Origin: Scyliorhinus canicula
Lineage: Eukaryota
Assembly: GCF_902713615.1 (NCBI RefSeq)
Contig: NC_052158.1
Location: 43,921,159-43,985,158, forward strand
Direction of reading: 5' to 3'
DNA: 64,000 bases
Positions 1-13,524 of the stretch are shown piece after piece. The translations under genes were made by a program, and so were the position numbers. The notes beneath the pieces are model-generated. The model worked only from the letters and a program-made list of their open reading frames with translations. It was not told where the DNA came from and made no database searches. Numbering within the stretch: position 1 is the stretch's first letter; each line of letters opens with the position of its first letter.

Positions 1-678
1 GTCGCTGAGCCGCCGTTTTACCTCCTGCAGCACAGCCACGTGCAGTTGTTTTCTGCAGTTCGTTTGAACCGAGTGAGCATGCGTTCGACAAGTGATCTGC
101 ATATTTAAAGGGATACTGTCCCTGTGGAGACCTGCCATTTAAAGGGAGTGTTCCTATGAACAAGGCTGAACGGGATTTGGAGGAACAAAAATCAAGTGAA
201 GCTGAAAGACTCTTGAATTTCTGCAGCAATTTATTTTATGGCAACTGCTGATGACAGGGAGAGAGAGAGAGAGCGTTTGCCGACAGGAAGCTCAGACCAG
301 ACATCATGTCCATCGGAACCAACATTTCGGTAGGTTTGGCTGAGCGAGATCAGTCAGGGTGAAGCTGGGAAGAAGTGTGAGTGGACTCCAAATGTGGAGA
401 GAGCTTCAACGTTCACAGACCCTCTTGAACCAACTGCTGACTCATTCCTACAGTAAGAAGTCTTACATCAGGTTAAAGTCCAACGGGTTTGTTTCAAATC
501 ACTAGATTTCGGAGCACTGCTCCATCCTCAGGTGAATTAAGAAGTAGGTTCCAGAAACATATATATAGACAAAGTCAAAGATGCAAGACAATACTTTGAA
601 TAGGAGCATTTGCAGGTAATTAAGCCTTTTCAGATCCAGAGAGAGGGGTAATCCCAGGTTAAAGAGGTGTGAATTGTC

Positions 679-1038
679 TCAAACCAGGCCAGTTGGTAGG
701 ATTTCGCAAGCCCAGGCCAGTTGAATGTAATGCAACATGAATCCAAGGTCCCGGTTGAGGCCGTACTCATATGTGCGGAACTTGGCTATAAGTTTCTGCT
801 CGGCGATTCTGCGTTGTCGCGCGTCCTGAAGGCTGCCTTGGAGAATGCTTACCTGAAGATCAGAGGCTGAATGCCCTTGACTGCTGAAGTGTTCCCCGAC
901 TGGAAGGGAACATTCCTGCCTGGCGATTGTCGCACGATGTCTGTTCATCCGTTGTCGCAGCATCTGCGTGGTCTCGCCAATGTACCACGCTTCGGGACAT
1001 CCTTTCCTGCAGCATATGAGGTAGACAACATTGGCCAA
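679..1038 (-). pseudogene. Penelope GIY-YIG endonuclease C-terminus
   Basis: NVVYLICC..C...WYIGET..LRQRMN.HR...VGEHF...H...E..LI.KF.T...GLN motif. Confidence 0.9.
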
Positions 1039-1637
1039 ATCGCATGATTATGTACAGCGTGCCTGGTGGGTGGTGTTCTCATATGTAATGGTGGTATCCA
1101 TGTCGATGATCTGGCATGCCTTGCAGAGATTGCCCTGGCAGGGTTATGTGGTGTAGTGGTCGCTGTTCTGAAGGCTCGGTAGTTTGCTGCAAACAATTGT
1201 TTGTTTGAGGTTGCGCGGTTGTTTGAAGGCAAGTAGTGGGGGTGTGGGGATGACCTTAGCAAGATGTTCATCTTCATCGATGATGTGTTGAAGGCTGTGA
1301 AGAAGATGTCATAGTTTCTCCGCTGCGGGGACCTACTGGATGACAAAGGGTAGTCTATCGGTTGTGTCCCGTGTTTGTTTTCTGAGGTCAGTGCGGTTTT
1401 TTGCTGTGGCACGTTGGAACTGTCGATCGATGAGTCGAGCACCATATCCCTTTCGTACGAGGGCATCTATCAGCGTCTGCAGATGTCTGTTACGCTCCTT
1501 CTTGTCTGAGCAGAACGAGGAGGAGCATAACAGACATCTACAGATGCTGAAAGATGCCCTTGTACGAACAGGGGCAAAGTATCATCTTGCATCTTTGACT
1601 TTGTCTATATATATGTTTCTGGAACCTACCTCTTCAT

Positions 1638-1674
1638 TCACCTGAGGAAGGAGCAGTGGTCCGAAAGCTAGTGA
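1638..1674 (+). ncRNA. Minimal type-I hammerhead ribozyme motif of Penelope pLTR (stem II has a mismatch)
   Basis: tcac CTGAGGA a ggagc agt ggtcc GAAA gct a gtga. Confidence 0.6.
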
Positions 1675-1823
1675 TTTGAAACAAATCTGGTGGACTTTAA
1701 CCTCGTGTTGTAAGATTTCTTACTCTGCTCACCCCACCAATGCCGGCATCTCCACATCATTCCTACAGGTGAGAGACTGTTCACGTGTGAGGAGAGCTCC
1801 ACAGAGTCATAAGATCTCCTAAC

Positions 1824-4040
1824 TGTAACATTATACAAATGTACAGCATGTGATAAGTTAATGTCATGTTAAGCCGAGCCACCAGAGGGAGCTAAGGGAC
1901 TATAAGTACTATAAATAGCACTGGCTCTTGGGCTGGGGGAGGAGACGAGGTTTGGAGCTCACAAAGGTAAGATTCATAGTGTATTGCAGAGTTAGTTAAG
2001 ATATAATTGTTATAGTTAGTAGATAGAGATAGTAGTGTTAGTGAGTGTACTTTAATTCTTACATGTATGGTTGCTATTCAGAATAAGTGTCAAACTCAAA
2101 TTTAGTTGTGTTAATAAAATTAGTTTAGTTCTTCAAAAGAGCTTTGTGATCACTATGCCTCCATCCTGGAAACCCCTCACAAAGATCACCACATGGTACC
2201 AGGTTGTGTATTCCCACAAAGCAAGCAGTAAGAAAGAAGAAAGAAATCAGCACATCGCTACACATTGAAATCTGCAAAGAAAAAAGAAAAAAAAACGAGA
2301 CCAACATGGATGCTGTGAAAAAAACCCAGATAACTTCAAGATGTCCAGTAAACTGAGTTTAAATTGGAAAAACATCAAGCAGCAGTTTGAGGTCTTTCTC
2401 TCTGCCTCTGCGCTTGAATCAGCACCTGACACTAGAAAAATAGCGCTCCTACTAAATCTGGGATGTCCACAGGCATTTGAACCCTTTAACTCATTTGATT
2501 TCTCAGAAAATGAAGATAAAAATAAGTATGAGACAGTAATGGAAACATTTGACTCTCATTGCAAAAAACAGGTCAGTGAGGCAGTGGGGCAGCACGGTAG
2601 CATGGTGGTTAGCCTATATGCTTCACAGCTCCAAGGTCCCAGGTTCGGTTCCCGGCTGGGTCACTGTCTGCACGTCCTCCCCGTGTGTGCGTGGGTTTCC
2701 TCCGGGTGCTCCGGTTTCCTCCCACAGTCCAAAGATGTGCAGGTTAGGTGGATTGACCATGCTAAATTGCCCGTAGTGTCCTAAAAAGTAAGGTTAAGGG
2801 GGGGGGGGGGGTTGTTGGGTTACAGGTATAGGGTAGATATGTGGGTTTGAGTAGGGTGATCATTGCTCGGCACAACATCGAGGGCCGAAGGGCCTGTTCT
2901 GTGCTGTACTGCTCTATGAGGTGTATGAAAGATACATGTTTTAAAAAAAGGATGCAGCTAAAAAGGGAATCTTTTGTCTGTTTTCTAACTGATGTGAGGC
3001 TCCGAGTGCAATCCTGCAATTTTTCCTCAATTATTAAATCAATCCTGCATGACAAAATTGTGTTTGGCATATTTGAAGAGCAACTGTAATTCCATCATGT
3101 GTTAGAGAAGACATTCTCGCACAAATCCACAAAGGACATTGAGAAATGGAGAAGAAGAGCACGGCAATCGGTGTATTGGCCGGGAATCAATACAACTGCA
3201 TTCAACAGTGTCGGATATGCCAAATGCACCAACCGGCACAATGTAAGCAAACCTTGGTAGAAAACGAACTGGTTACTCAACCTGGACAAATGTTGCCATG
3301 GACATATTTTACTTTCAAGGCTGTGATTATTTGATAATCATTGACTATTACTCAAATTATCCAGAGGTTATCAAATTGTCTAACTCAACAATACATTCAG
3401 TTGTCAGGGCAACGAAAAATGTATTTGCTAGACAGGGCATTCCAGTTACTGTTGTCACATACAATGGACCATGTTTTAGCAGCCTGGAGTGGTTACCATT
3501 TACCAATGACTACAACTTCACACATGTAACTATAACTGCAGGCAAATAGAAAAGCTGAAAAAGGGGTGGAAATTGTGAAGCAGCTTCTCAAGAAAGCAAT
3601 GGAGGACAAAGAGGACATCGATTTAGCACTGTTAGCATACAGGGCGACACCATTGTCATTGGGGCTCTCTCCAGCACAACTTTTGATGGGACGAAAAATA
3701 TTTACGATGCTACCTACTAAAATTATTCCAAACACAAACGAACAAGTCGTACATCCAAAAAACGCAGCAACTGAGGGATAAGTAAAAGAAGTATCAAACC
3801 AAACCACTATCTTCACTCAGAAGATGATATTCGAAATCCTGAAGGTGGATCGATGGACATTGCAAAAGTACTCCATGAACTCACACCAAGATCGTACGTG
3901 AGCAGAACAGAATCTGGAAAGATTTTTCGTAGAAACAGAAGAGATCTTTTGAAACTTAAACAACCTGTTACATTCGCAGAGTCAGCCACACGTCAACAAC
4001 TCATATTTCCTACAAATGACTTTCCAAAAGCTATATTGTC
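1824..4040 (+). mobile_element. Degraded Gypsy LTR retrotransposon: 5' LTR 1824-2193, PBS, gag and integrase remnants
   Basis: TGTAACA...CACCACA followed by TGGTACC PBS; gag-like NWK.(F)KQQFE.FL.A; integrase DIF.FQG.DYLIIIDYYS.YPE, NGP.F, LLAYRATPL...SPAQLLMGR. Confidence 0.85.
2587..2917 (+). mobile_element. HE1-type tRNA-derived SINE
   Basis: gggcagcacggtagc...ggttcggttccc head, tcctccgggtgctccggtttcctcccacagtccaaagatgtgc core, CR1-like tail gggccgaagggcctgttctgtgctgta. Confidence 0.85.
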
Positions 4041-4042
4041 AC

Positions 4043-7000
4043 ATAGAACATAGAACATTACAGCGCAGTACAGGCCCTTCGGCCCTCGATGTTGCGCCGA
4101 CTTGTGAAAACAATCTAAAGCCCATCTACACTATTCCATTATCATCCATATGTTTATCCAATGACCATTGGCGAGTCCACTACTATTGCTGGCAGGGCAT
4201 TCCACGCCCTGACTACTCTCTGAGTAAAGAACCTACCTCTGACATCTGTCCTATATCTACCTCCCCTCAATTTAAAGCTATGTCCCCTTGTGCTAGCCAT
4301 CCCCATCCAAGGAAAAAGGCTCTCACTGTCCACCCTATCTAATCCTCTGATCATCTTGTATGCCTCTATTAAGTCACCTCTTAACCTTCTCTCTAACGAA
4401 AACAGTCTCCAGTCCCTCAGCCTTTCCTCATAAGATCTTCCTTCCATATCAGGCAACATCCTGATAAATCTCCTCTGCATCCTTTCTATAAGAAGGCCTA
4501 TGGTGTGCTAGCGTTCATTAGCAGAGGGATTGAATTTAAGAGCCGTGAGGTGATGATGCAGCTGTACAAAACCTTGGTCAGGCCACATTTGGAGTACTGT
4601 GTGCAGTTCTGGTCACCTCATTTTAGGAAGGATGTGGAAGCTTTGGAAAAGGTGCAAAGGAGATTTACCAGGATGTTGCCTGGAATGGAGAGTAGGTCAT
4701 ACGAGGAAAGATTGAGGGTGCTAGGCCTTTTCTCATTAGAACGGAGAAGGATGAGGGGCGACTTGATAGAGGTTTATAAGATGATCAGGGGAATAGATAG
4801 AGTAGACAGTCAGAGACTTTTTCCCCGGGTGGAACACACCATTACAAGGGGACATAAATTTAAGATAAATGGTGGAAGATATAGAGGGGATGTCAGAGGT
4901 AGGTTCTTTACCCAGAGAGTAGTGGGGGCATGGAATACACTGCCTGTGGTAGTAGTTGAGTCGGAAAATTTATGGACCTTCAAGCGGCTATTGGATAGGT
5001 ACTTGGATTAGGGTAGAATAAGGGAGTGTAGGTTAACTTCTTAAGGGCAGCACGGTAGCATTGTGGATAGCACAATTGCTTCACAGCTCCAGGGTCCCAA
5101 GTTCGATTTCGACTTGGGTCACTGTCTGTGTGGAGTCTGCACATCCTCCCCGTGACTGCGTGGGTTTCCTCCGGGTACTCCGGTTTCCTCCCACAGTCCA
5201 AAGATGTGCTGGTTGGGTGGATTGGCCATGACAAATTGTCCAAAATTCTATGATTAACCTAGGACAAAAGTTCGGCGCAACATCGTGGGCCGAAGGGCCT
5301 GTTCTGTGCTGTATTTCTCTATAATCTATAATCTATAATGAGGCGACCAGAACTGCACATAATACTCCAAATGTGGCCGCACCAGAGTTTTGTACAGCTG
5401 CAACATGACCTCATGTCTCCGAAACGCAATCCCTCTACCAATAAAAGCTAACACACAGTACGTCTTCTTACCACCTTTATCAACCTGGGTGGCAACTTTC
5501 AGGGATCTATGTACATGGACACCGAGATCTCTCTGCTCATCCACACTACCAAGAATCTTACCATTAGCCAGTACTCTGTGTTCCTGTTACTCCTTCCAAA
5601 ATGGATCACCTCACACTTTTCTGCATTAAACTCCATTTGCCACCTCTCAGCCCAACTCTGCAGCTTATCTATGTCCCTCTGCAACATCCTTCCGCATTGT
5701 CCACAACTCCACTGACTTTAGTGTCATCCGCAAATTTACTCACCCATCCTCCTCCATGTCTTTTATAAAATATGACAAACAGCAGGTGCCTCAAAACAGA
5801 TCCTTGTGGTACACCACTAGTAACTGAACTCTAGGCTGAACATTTCCCATCAACCACCAACCTGTCTTCTTACAGCTAGCCAATTACTGATCCAAACCGC
5901 TACACCACCCTCAATCCCATGCCTCCATATTTTCTGAAATAGCCTACCGTGGGGAACCTTATCAAACGCTTTACTGAAATCCATATACACCACATCAACT
6001 GCTTTACCCTCGTCCACCTGTTTGGTCACCTTCTCAGAGAACTCGATGTTTGTGAGGCACGACCTACCCTTCACAAAACAGTGTTGACTATCCCTAATCA
6101 AATTATTCCTTTCTAGATGATTATAAATCCTATCTCTTATAATCCTTTCCAAGACTTTGCCCACAACAGAAGTACGGCTCACTGGTCTATAGTTACCGGG
6201 GTTGTCTCTACTCCCCTTCTTGAACAAGGGGACATTTGCTATCCTCCAGTCTTCTGGCACTATTCCTGTAGACAATGACGACATAAAGATCAAAGCCAAA
6301 TGCTCTGCAATCTCCTCCCTAACTTCCTAGAGAATCCTAGGATAAATCCCATCCGGCCCAGGAGACCCATCTATTTTCACACTTTCCAGAATTGTTAACA
6401 CCTCCTTATCGTCTATCCTCAATCCCGTCTAGTCTAGTAGCCTGTATCTCAGTATTCTCCTCGACAGCATTGTCTTTGTCCTGTGTGAATACTGACGCAA
6501 AATATTAATTTAGCACCTCCTATCTCCTCGGACTCCACGCACAAGTTCCCACTACTGTCCTTGACTGGCCCTACTCTTACCCTAATCATTCTTTTATTCC
6601 TGACATACCTATAGAAACCTTTAGAGTTTTCCTTGATCCTACTTGCCAAAGACTTCTCATGCCCCCTCCTGGTTCTTCTTAGCTCACTCTTTAGGTCCAT
6701 CCTGGCTAATTTGTAACTCTCAAGTGCCCTAACTGAACCTTCATGTATCATCTTTACATAAGCCTCCTTCTTCTTCTTGACAAGTGATTCAATTACTTTA
6801 GTACACCATGGTTCCCTCGCTTGACCGCTTCCTCCCTGCCTGACAGGTACATACTTATCAAGATCACGCAGTAGCTGTTCCTTGAACAAGCGCCACATTT
6901 CAATTGTGCCCATCCCCTGCAGTTTCCTTCATCATCCTATGTATCCTAGGTCTTGCCTAATCGCATCATAATTGCCTTTCCCCCAGCTATAACTCGTGCC

Positions 7001-8345
7001 CTACGGTATATACCTATCCCTTTCCATCGCTAAAGTAAACGTAACCGAATTGTGGTCACTATCACCAAACTGCTCACCTACCTCCAAATCTAACACCTGG
7101 CCTGGTTCATTACCCAGTACCAAATCCAATATGGCCTCGCCTCTTCTTGGCCTATCTACATACTGTGTCAGGAAACCCTCCTGCACACATTGGACAAAAA
7201 CTGACCTTTCTATAGTACTCGAACTATAGCGTTTCCAGTCAATATTTGAAAGTTAAAGTCCCCCATAACAACTACCCTGTTACCTTCGTTCCCATCCAGA
7301 ATCACCTTTGCAGTCCTTCCTCTACATCTCTGGAACTTTTCGGAGACTGATAGAAAACTCCCAACAGGGTGTCCTCTTTTTTCCTGTTTCTAACCTCAGT
7401 CCATACTACCTCAGCAGACAAGTCGTCATCAAGCGTCCTTTCTGCCACCGTAATACTGTCCTTGACTAACAATGCCACACCTCGTCCTCTTTTACCACCT
7501 TCCCTGAGCTTACTGAAACATCTAAACCCCAGAACCTGCAACAACCATTCCTGTCCCTGCTCTATCCATGTCTCCGAAATGGCCACAACGTCGAAGTCCC
7601 AGGTACTAACCCATGCTGCAAGTTCACCCGCCTTATTCCGGATGCTCCTAGTGTTGAAGTAGACACACTTCAAACCACCTTCCTGCCTGCCGGTACACTC
7701 CTGCAAATTTGAAACCTTACTCATGACCTCGCTACTCTGAACCTCCTGTACACTGGAGCTATAATTCGGGTTCCTATCTTCCTGCTGAATTAGTTTAAAC
7801 CCTCCCGAAGAGCATTAGCAAATTTCCCCCTGCAGGATATTGGTACCCCTCTGGTTCAAGTGTGGACCATCCCGTTTGTAAAGGTCCCACCTACTCCAGA
7901 ATGAGCCCCAATTATCCAGGTATCTGAATCCCTCCCTCCTGCATCATCCATGTAGCCACGTGTTCAACCAATCTCTCTCCCTATTCCTCGTCTCGCTAGC
8001 ACATGGCACTGGTAAAAACCCAGAGATAATAACTCTGTTTGTGCTAGCTCGAAGATTCCACCCTAGCTCCCTGAATACCTGCCTTACATCCCCATCCCTT
8101 TTCCTACCTACATCCTTGGTGTTATGTGGACCACGACTTGGGGCTGCTCCCCCTCCCCCGAAGGTTCCTGAAAACACGATCCGAGACATTATGGACCTTG
8201 GCACCTGGGAGGCAACACACCAACCGTGAGTCTCTCTCGTTCCCACAGAATCTCCTCTGTCCCCCTAACTATGGAGTCCCCAATGACTAATGCTCTACTC
8301 TTCCCCCCTTCCCTTCTTAACAACAGGGACAGACTCTGTGCCAGA
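4043..8345 (-). mobile_element. CR1 LINE, near-complete degraded ORF1 end plus ORF2 (APE, RT)
   Basis: APE (CVYFNTRSI, VAISETW), RT (NYRPVS.TSVVGK, DFSKAFDKVPH), (tagaaca)n tail at 4043. Confidence 0.9.
4490..5338 (+). mobile_element. 5'-truncated CR1 nested in opposite orientation, with SINE-type segment at 5045-5240
   Basis: ORF 4505-5011 LYKTLVRPHLEYCVQFWSPH; tctataa repeated at both junctions. Confidence 0.85.
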
Positions 8346-8489
8346 GACCTGGTATGTTTGGACTTCCAGAAGGCTTTTGCCAAAGTCCTGCATAAGAGAT
8401 TAACGTGAAAATTAAAGCGCATGGGATTAGGGGTAGTGTATTGAGATGGATAGAAAATGGCAGATGGGATATAAAGATGAAAAATTTGT

Positions 8490-8727
8490 TTTCAAAAATA
8501 TATATTTTTGTTAATTTTAGCGTATCCAATTTTTTTTTTCTAATTAAGGAGCAATTTAGCGTGGCCAATCCACCTGCCTTGCACATCTTTGGGTTGTGGG
8601 GCTAGACCCACGCAAACACGGGGAGAATGTGCAAACTCCACAGGAACAGTGACTCAGGGACGGGAATGTACTTGGGACCTCTGCATTGTGAGGCAGCGGT
8701 GCTAACCACTGTGCCACCGTGCTGTCC
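8490..8727 (-). mobile_element. HE1-type SINE
   Basis: Reverse complement of gg.cagcacggtggcacagtggttagcac head and aaattgctccttaatt tail. Confidence 0.8.
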
Positions 8728-8734
8728 TTTAAAA

Positions 8735-9860
8735 AATATTTTATTAAATGTTTTTAATTTCAACATTTTAATAATTAACATTATAAAACAAATAACATTT
8801 ATAAAATAAAACCAAACCCCAGCCCCCCCCCCCCCCCCCCCAACCTCCTCCCACCTTCCCCTTCCCCTCCACCCTCGCAGTTGGCAGCAACCAGCTCCCC
8901 AAAATTCAATACAAACAAACCCCATCTCTTGTGGAACCCCTCACTTGCCCGCCTCAGAGCAAATTTCACCTTCTCCAAATACAAGAATTCCATTGGATCC
9001 CCCAGCCATACCGAAGCACAGGGTTTGAGAAGTTGACCTCTACCCCAACAGAACCCGCCTGCAAGCGATCAACGAGGCGAAGGCTAAGACATCTTCCCCC
9101 GCTCCCATCTGCAACTCCGGTAAGTCTGACATCCCGAATCTGGCCCCCAGGGGACTGGGCTCTAAGTCCACATGTAAAATTACCAACAGGGTGCTGAAGA
9201 ATGACCCCAAAACATCTCCAACATTGGGCAGGACCACAACACGTGCTCATGACTCCCCTCCCCCCACACCGTTCACAAATATCCTCCACCCCTTCAAACA
9301 ACAGGCTCAACCTCGACTTCATCAGGTGCGCTTTAGCTGTTTCAACCCCAGCCTCAGTTGAGTCATTCATCCTCTGCAGCACTACACACCACAGTCCCTC
9401 CTCCAGCACCATCCCCAGCTCCCCTTCACACTTGGCCTTAACCCCCTCCAGATTCACACTCAAAAATCCTGCCCCAACTTCCAACCCCAACACCGACAAA
9501 ACCCCCTCCAGCAATGAGACCTTTTTCACAAAATCCCGCACCCACATGTACCTGAAATATTTCCCTTACGGCACCTGAAATCTCACCTCGACCTGCTCCA
9601 GACTCGCAAACCGTCCTTCAAGACGATCCTTTATTTCCACCATTCCTTGCTCCTCCCATCCCCAAAACCTTGCATCCATCCTCCCATGTTCCCCCCCACC
9701 CTCCCCGAAACGGCATCAACTTCCACATCGCCCTCAACTTCTGAAACTGCCTCCATATATTCAGAGTGGCTACTACCAAATACCTCCACAGGGCAAATGG
9801 AAGCGGCACCATTGCCAACGCCCGCAACACCGACCCTCACAGAAACCTTTCTTCATCTTC
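8735..9860 (-). mobile_element. L1-clade LINE 3' fragment
   Basis: ORF2 C-terminal Cys/His region (C.RC....H..W.CP), LEKVKFALR; poly(A) signal at 8740. Confidence 0.8.
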
Positions 9861-11083
9861 ATCTTCACCTACAAAGCCCCTGTCTCTCTACTCCAGACAA
9901 AGAGTAAGAACCAACGGGTCTTTTTCAAATTGGCAGGCAGTGACTAGTGGGGTACCGCAAGGATCGGTGCTCGGACTCCAGCTATTCACAATATATATTA
10001 ATGATTTAGATGAGAGAATATCTCCAGATTTGCAGATGACACCAAGTTGGGGTGGAGAGTGAGCTGTGAGGAGGATGCAGAGATCCTTCAGTGTGATTTG
10101 GACAAGTTGGGTGAGTGGTCAAATGAATAGCAGATGCAGTGTAATTTGGTCAAATGCGAGGTTATCCACTTTGGCAGCAAAAGCGAGAAAGCAGACTATT
10201 ATCCGAATGGCCATAAATTAGGAGAGACCTGGGTGTCCTTGTACCCCAGTCACTGAAGTTAAGCAAGTACAGCAGGCAGTAAAGAAAGCAAATGGTATGC
10301 TGGCATTCATTGCAAGAGGATTCGAGTACAGGAGTACGGATATCTTGCTGCAATTGTACAGGGCCTTGGTGAGGCCAAACATGGAAGATTTTTTGCAGTT
10401 TCTGTCTCCTTATCTGAGGAAGGATGTTCTCGCTCTAGAGGGAGTGCAGCAAAGGTTTACCACACTGATTCCTGGGATAGCAGGAGAGATTGAATCGGGT
10501 AGGATAGTATTCACTGGAGTTCCAAAGAATGAGGGGGTTTTCATAGAAACCTATAAAATTCTAACAGGACTAGACAGGATAGATGGATAAAGGAAGTTCT
10601 TGATGGTGGTTGTGTCCAGAACCAGGGGTCACAGTCTGAGGATACGGGGGTTTGGCCATTTAGGACAGAGATGAGAACTTTCTTCACCCTGAGAGTGGTG
10701 AATCTGTGGAATTCATTACCACAGGAAGTAGTTGAGGCCAAAACATTGAATGTTTTCAGGAAGCAGTTAAATATCGCATTTAGGACAAAGGGTAGCAAAG
10801 GATATGGGGAGGAAAGCGGGATTAGGTTAGAGGTGGATGACCAGCCATGATCATAATGAGTGGCTGAGCAGGCTCAAAAGGGCTGAATGGCTTCATCCTG
10901 CTCCTATTTTCAACATTTCTATGTTTCACAATTCATGGGGACTCATGCAACATCAACACATTCAAACAGGGTAGAAACAATTTACATGCAAGGCGTGCAT
11001 CAAATCATTCTCGATCTTAACGAACCTCCATGCACACCAGCACGTTTACACAGGGGTGGAAGTGGTCAAGTATCAAGTATGAT

Positions 11084-11315
11084 GGGCAGCATGGTGGTGC
11101 AGTGGGTTAGCCCTGCTGCCTCATGGCGTCGAGGTCCCAGGTTCTATCCCAGCTCTGGGTCACTGTCCGTGTGGAGTTTGCACATTCTCCTCGTGTTTGC
11201 GTGGGTTTCGCCCACACAACCCAAAAATGTGCAGGCTGGGTGGATTGGCCATGCTTAATTGCCCCTTAATTGTAAAAAATGAATTGGGTACACTAAATTT
11301 ATATATATTTTTTTA
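11084..11315 (+). mobile_element. HE1-type SINE
   Basis: Head and tail consensus; flanking repeat aagtatcaagt(a/g)tgatg. Confidence 0.85.
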
Positions 11316-11514
11316 AAGTATCAAGTGTGATGTCAAAACCAAAATCTTTATATAGTTTCGGAGCCTCCTGACACATCAGGCAATCCATACAAGAAAGAAA
11401 CATTTCAATTCTGAGTTTTGTGACAAAGCAACAGCTTCAATCCTAACTGATAAACCAGATGGTTCACACAGTATGAATTTTGTGAGATGGAATTTTGTGA
11501 GATTCACACACATG

Positions 11515-12230
11515 GGGCGCGATTCTCCCAAAGGGAGACTAAGTGCCGATGGCCGGAGTGAAACCCGGAGTATTTCACTCTGGCGTCGGAGGCCGCTCCT
11601 CACCCCCTATTCTCTCCTCCCCCCCCCCCCCCCCCCCCCCCCCGGAGCGGCGTTGCGCGAATCTCGGGCGCCAGGCCTTGACGCTTGACGCGGTCGGCGG
11701 CGCCTAAGTGACGTCAGCCACGCATGCGCAGATTGGCCAGCTCCAACCCGCGCATGCGCGGTTGCCGTCTTCCCCTCCACTGCCCTGCAAGACATGGCAG
11801 CTTGATCTAGCGGGGCAGCGGAGGGGAAAGAGTGCGTCTCTCAGAGACGCGGCCCGACGATCGGTGGGCACCGATCGCGGGCCAGTCACCTCACGAGCAT
11901 GCCCGTGGTGCTCTATCCTCTCTCCGCCCCCCCACAGGCCCCACACTTACCTGTCGCGCGATGTTCATGCCTGCAACGACCAGATGTGGTTGCCGCCGGT
12001 GTGAACCGATCAGGATCGTCAGGCCGCTCGGCCCATCTGGGCCGGAGAATCGCCGGTCGCCGGGAAAAACAGCGAGCGGCGATTCTCCGAGCGCGTGTCG
12101 CAAAACGCAACATGCCATTTTGGGGGGGGTGGGAGAATCGCAGGGGGTGCGAGGGTGGTGTGGCGTGATTCGTCCGGCCCTCCCGCGATTCTCCCCCCCC
12201 CCCCGGCGTGGGGAGTGGAGAATTGCAGCC
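11515..12230. mobile_element. GC-rich MITE (PIF/Harbinger-like), 14-bp TIR, 3-bp TSD ATG
   Basis: gggcgcgattctcc ... ggagaattgcagcc, ATG on both sides. Confidence 0.75.
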
Positions 12231-12258
12231 ATGATAAATCCTTCCAGTGTGAGGTCAC

Positions 12259-12440
12259 ATAGAATCGCATAGAATCTCCACAGAAGAATGCCTTTTGGCA
12301 CCTTGTGTCTGCATCGACCCTCTGAAAGAGCACCCTACCTAGTCCCACTCCCCTGCCCTATCCCCATAACCCTGTAATCCCATCTAACCTGCATATCTTT
12401 AGACACTAAGGGGCAATTTAGCATGGCCAATCTACCTAAC
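12259..12440 (-). mobile_element. SINE 3' fragment
   Basis: catagaat tail, aagagcaccctacc, aaggggcaatttagcatggccaatc. Confidence 0.75.
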
Positions 12441-13524
12441 CGGTGTGTGCCTGAGCGTTCACCCAGTCATCGACACTGGTAAAACACCACCGCAGTTATA
12501 CTGGGGAGAAGCCGTTTATGTGCTAGGTGTGTGAGAAATCATCCTCCGAATCATCACATCTCTGCTGACACCAACATATTCACACAAGTGAGAAGCCGTT
12601 CTTATGTGAAGTTTGTGACAAATCATTCTCGTTGTTAAGGAACATCCATGCACAGAGTGGAGGAAGTGGTCGACTGTGAGATTTGTGCAAAAGTCTTCAC
12701 AAACTTAAGGACGCTCCAGTTACATCAACCAATCCACTCAGGAGACAAAACCAATCCACTCAGGAGACAAACACTTCAGTTGTGACTTTTGTGATAAAGG
12801 TTTTATAACATTTTCAGCCCTCTTAATACGCCAGAAGATTCACACGGGGGAGATACCCTTCAAGGGTGAATTCTGCGGGATGACTTTTTCCCATTTCGGA
12901 GAATGGTGTAGTGGTTGTGTCAGTAGACTGGTATTCCCGAGACCCAGGGTAATTCTCTGTGGACCTGGGTCGATGCCGCCATAGCAGACGGTAAAATTTG
13001 AATTCAATATAAATGTGGAATTTAATATCGAGTGATCATCGTTGTTGTAAGCAGCCATCTGTTCACTTTCGGGAAGGAAATCTGTCACCTTTACCTGATC
13101 TGGCCTCCATGTTACTCCAGACCCAGAGCAATGTGGTTGACTCTATTACAACCCTAGACAGTGGCTAGGGTACTAGGCAGAAATCCCAATATTTATTTAA
13201 ATTTTGCAAAACTGTGAGGAAAGGATACTTCACTCCATGCAAAATGGGGATATGGTATATTGAAACAAACTTTATTACTAACGTGATTAAAATATCTTTA
13301 ACATTACATAAGAACATATCTTACAATTACCCTTTAAACAGTGTTAATCAATACAGTGACAAAATAACTCTTAACTACAATCTTTATTCCCAATCAAACA
13401 ACAAAATCATCTTGGATCCCAATCCACTGTTAGCACTCAGGAAAACCTGCTGTACAGAGATTTCTTTTGAGACTGTTTGAAAAGATAGAGTTCAAACCTG
13501 TCAGAACAATGCAGAATCTTTTTA

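Larger units (their letters stand above)
454..1756 (-). mobile_element. Penelope-like element, 5'-truncated, with inverted pLTR; 12-bp TSD tcattcctacag
   Basis: GIY-YIG ORF; pLTR at 454-600 is the reverse complement of 1575-1723; TSD at 442-453 and 1757-1768. Confidence 0.9.
300..1823 (+). pseudogene. 5' part of last exon of ZNF gene 1 (paralogue of 34240-34500), split by a Penelope insertion
   Basis: 363-453 and 1757-1823 align by eye with 34346-34493 (gctgggaagaagtgtgagtgg...ctgctgactcattcctacaggtgagag...cataagaNctcctaac). Confidence 0.75.
8350..10925 (+). mobile_element. CR1 LINE 3' half, interrupted by SINE and L1 (8480-9890)
   Basis: LDFQKAF.KV.H at 8360; [10 protein letters not shown] at 9945; 3' UTR to 10925. 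Confidence 0.8.
10930..12895 (+). pseudogene. Decayed C2H2 zinc-finger repeats (ZNF gene 1, continued), interrupted by SINEs and a MITE
   Basis: cacacaagtgagaagccgttc, cactcaggagacaaacacttc, cacacgggggagataccc (HTGEKPF relics). Confidence 0.75.

Noticed and set aside
2587-2660. tRNA-like sequences (many copies)
   Set aside because: They are SINE heads continuing into the SINE core; no complete cloverleaf.
11376-12348. Many overlapping GC-rich ORFs / apparent CpG island
   Set aside because: They lie in a TIR-bounded MITE; long ORFs are expected from GC content.
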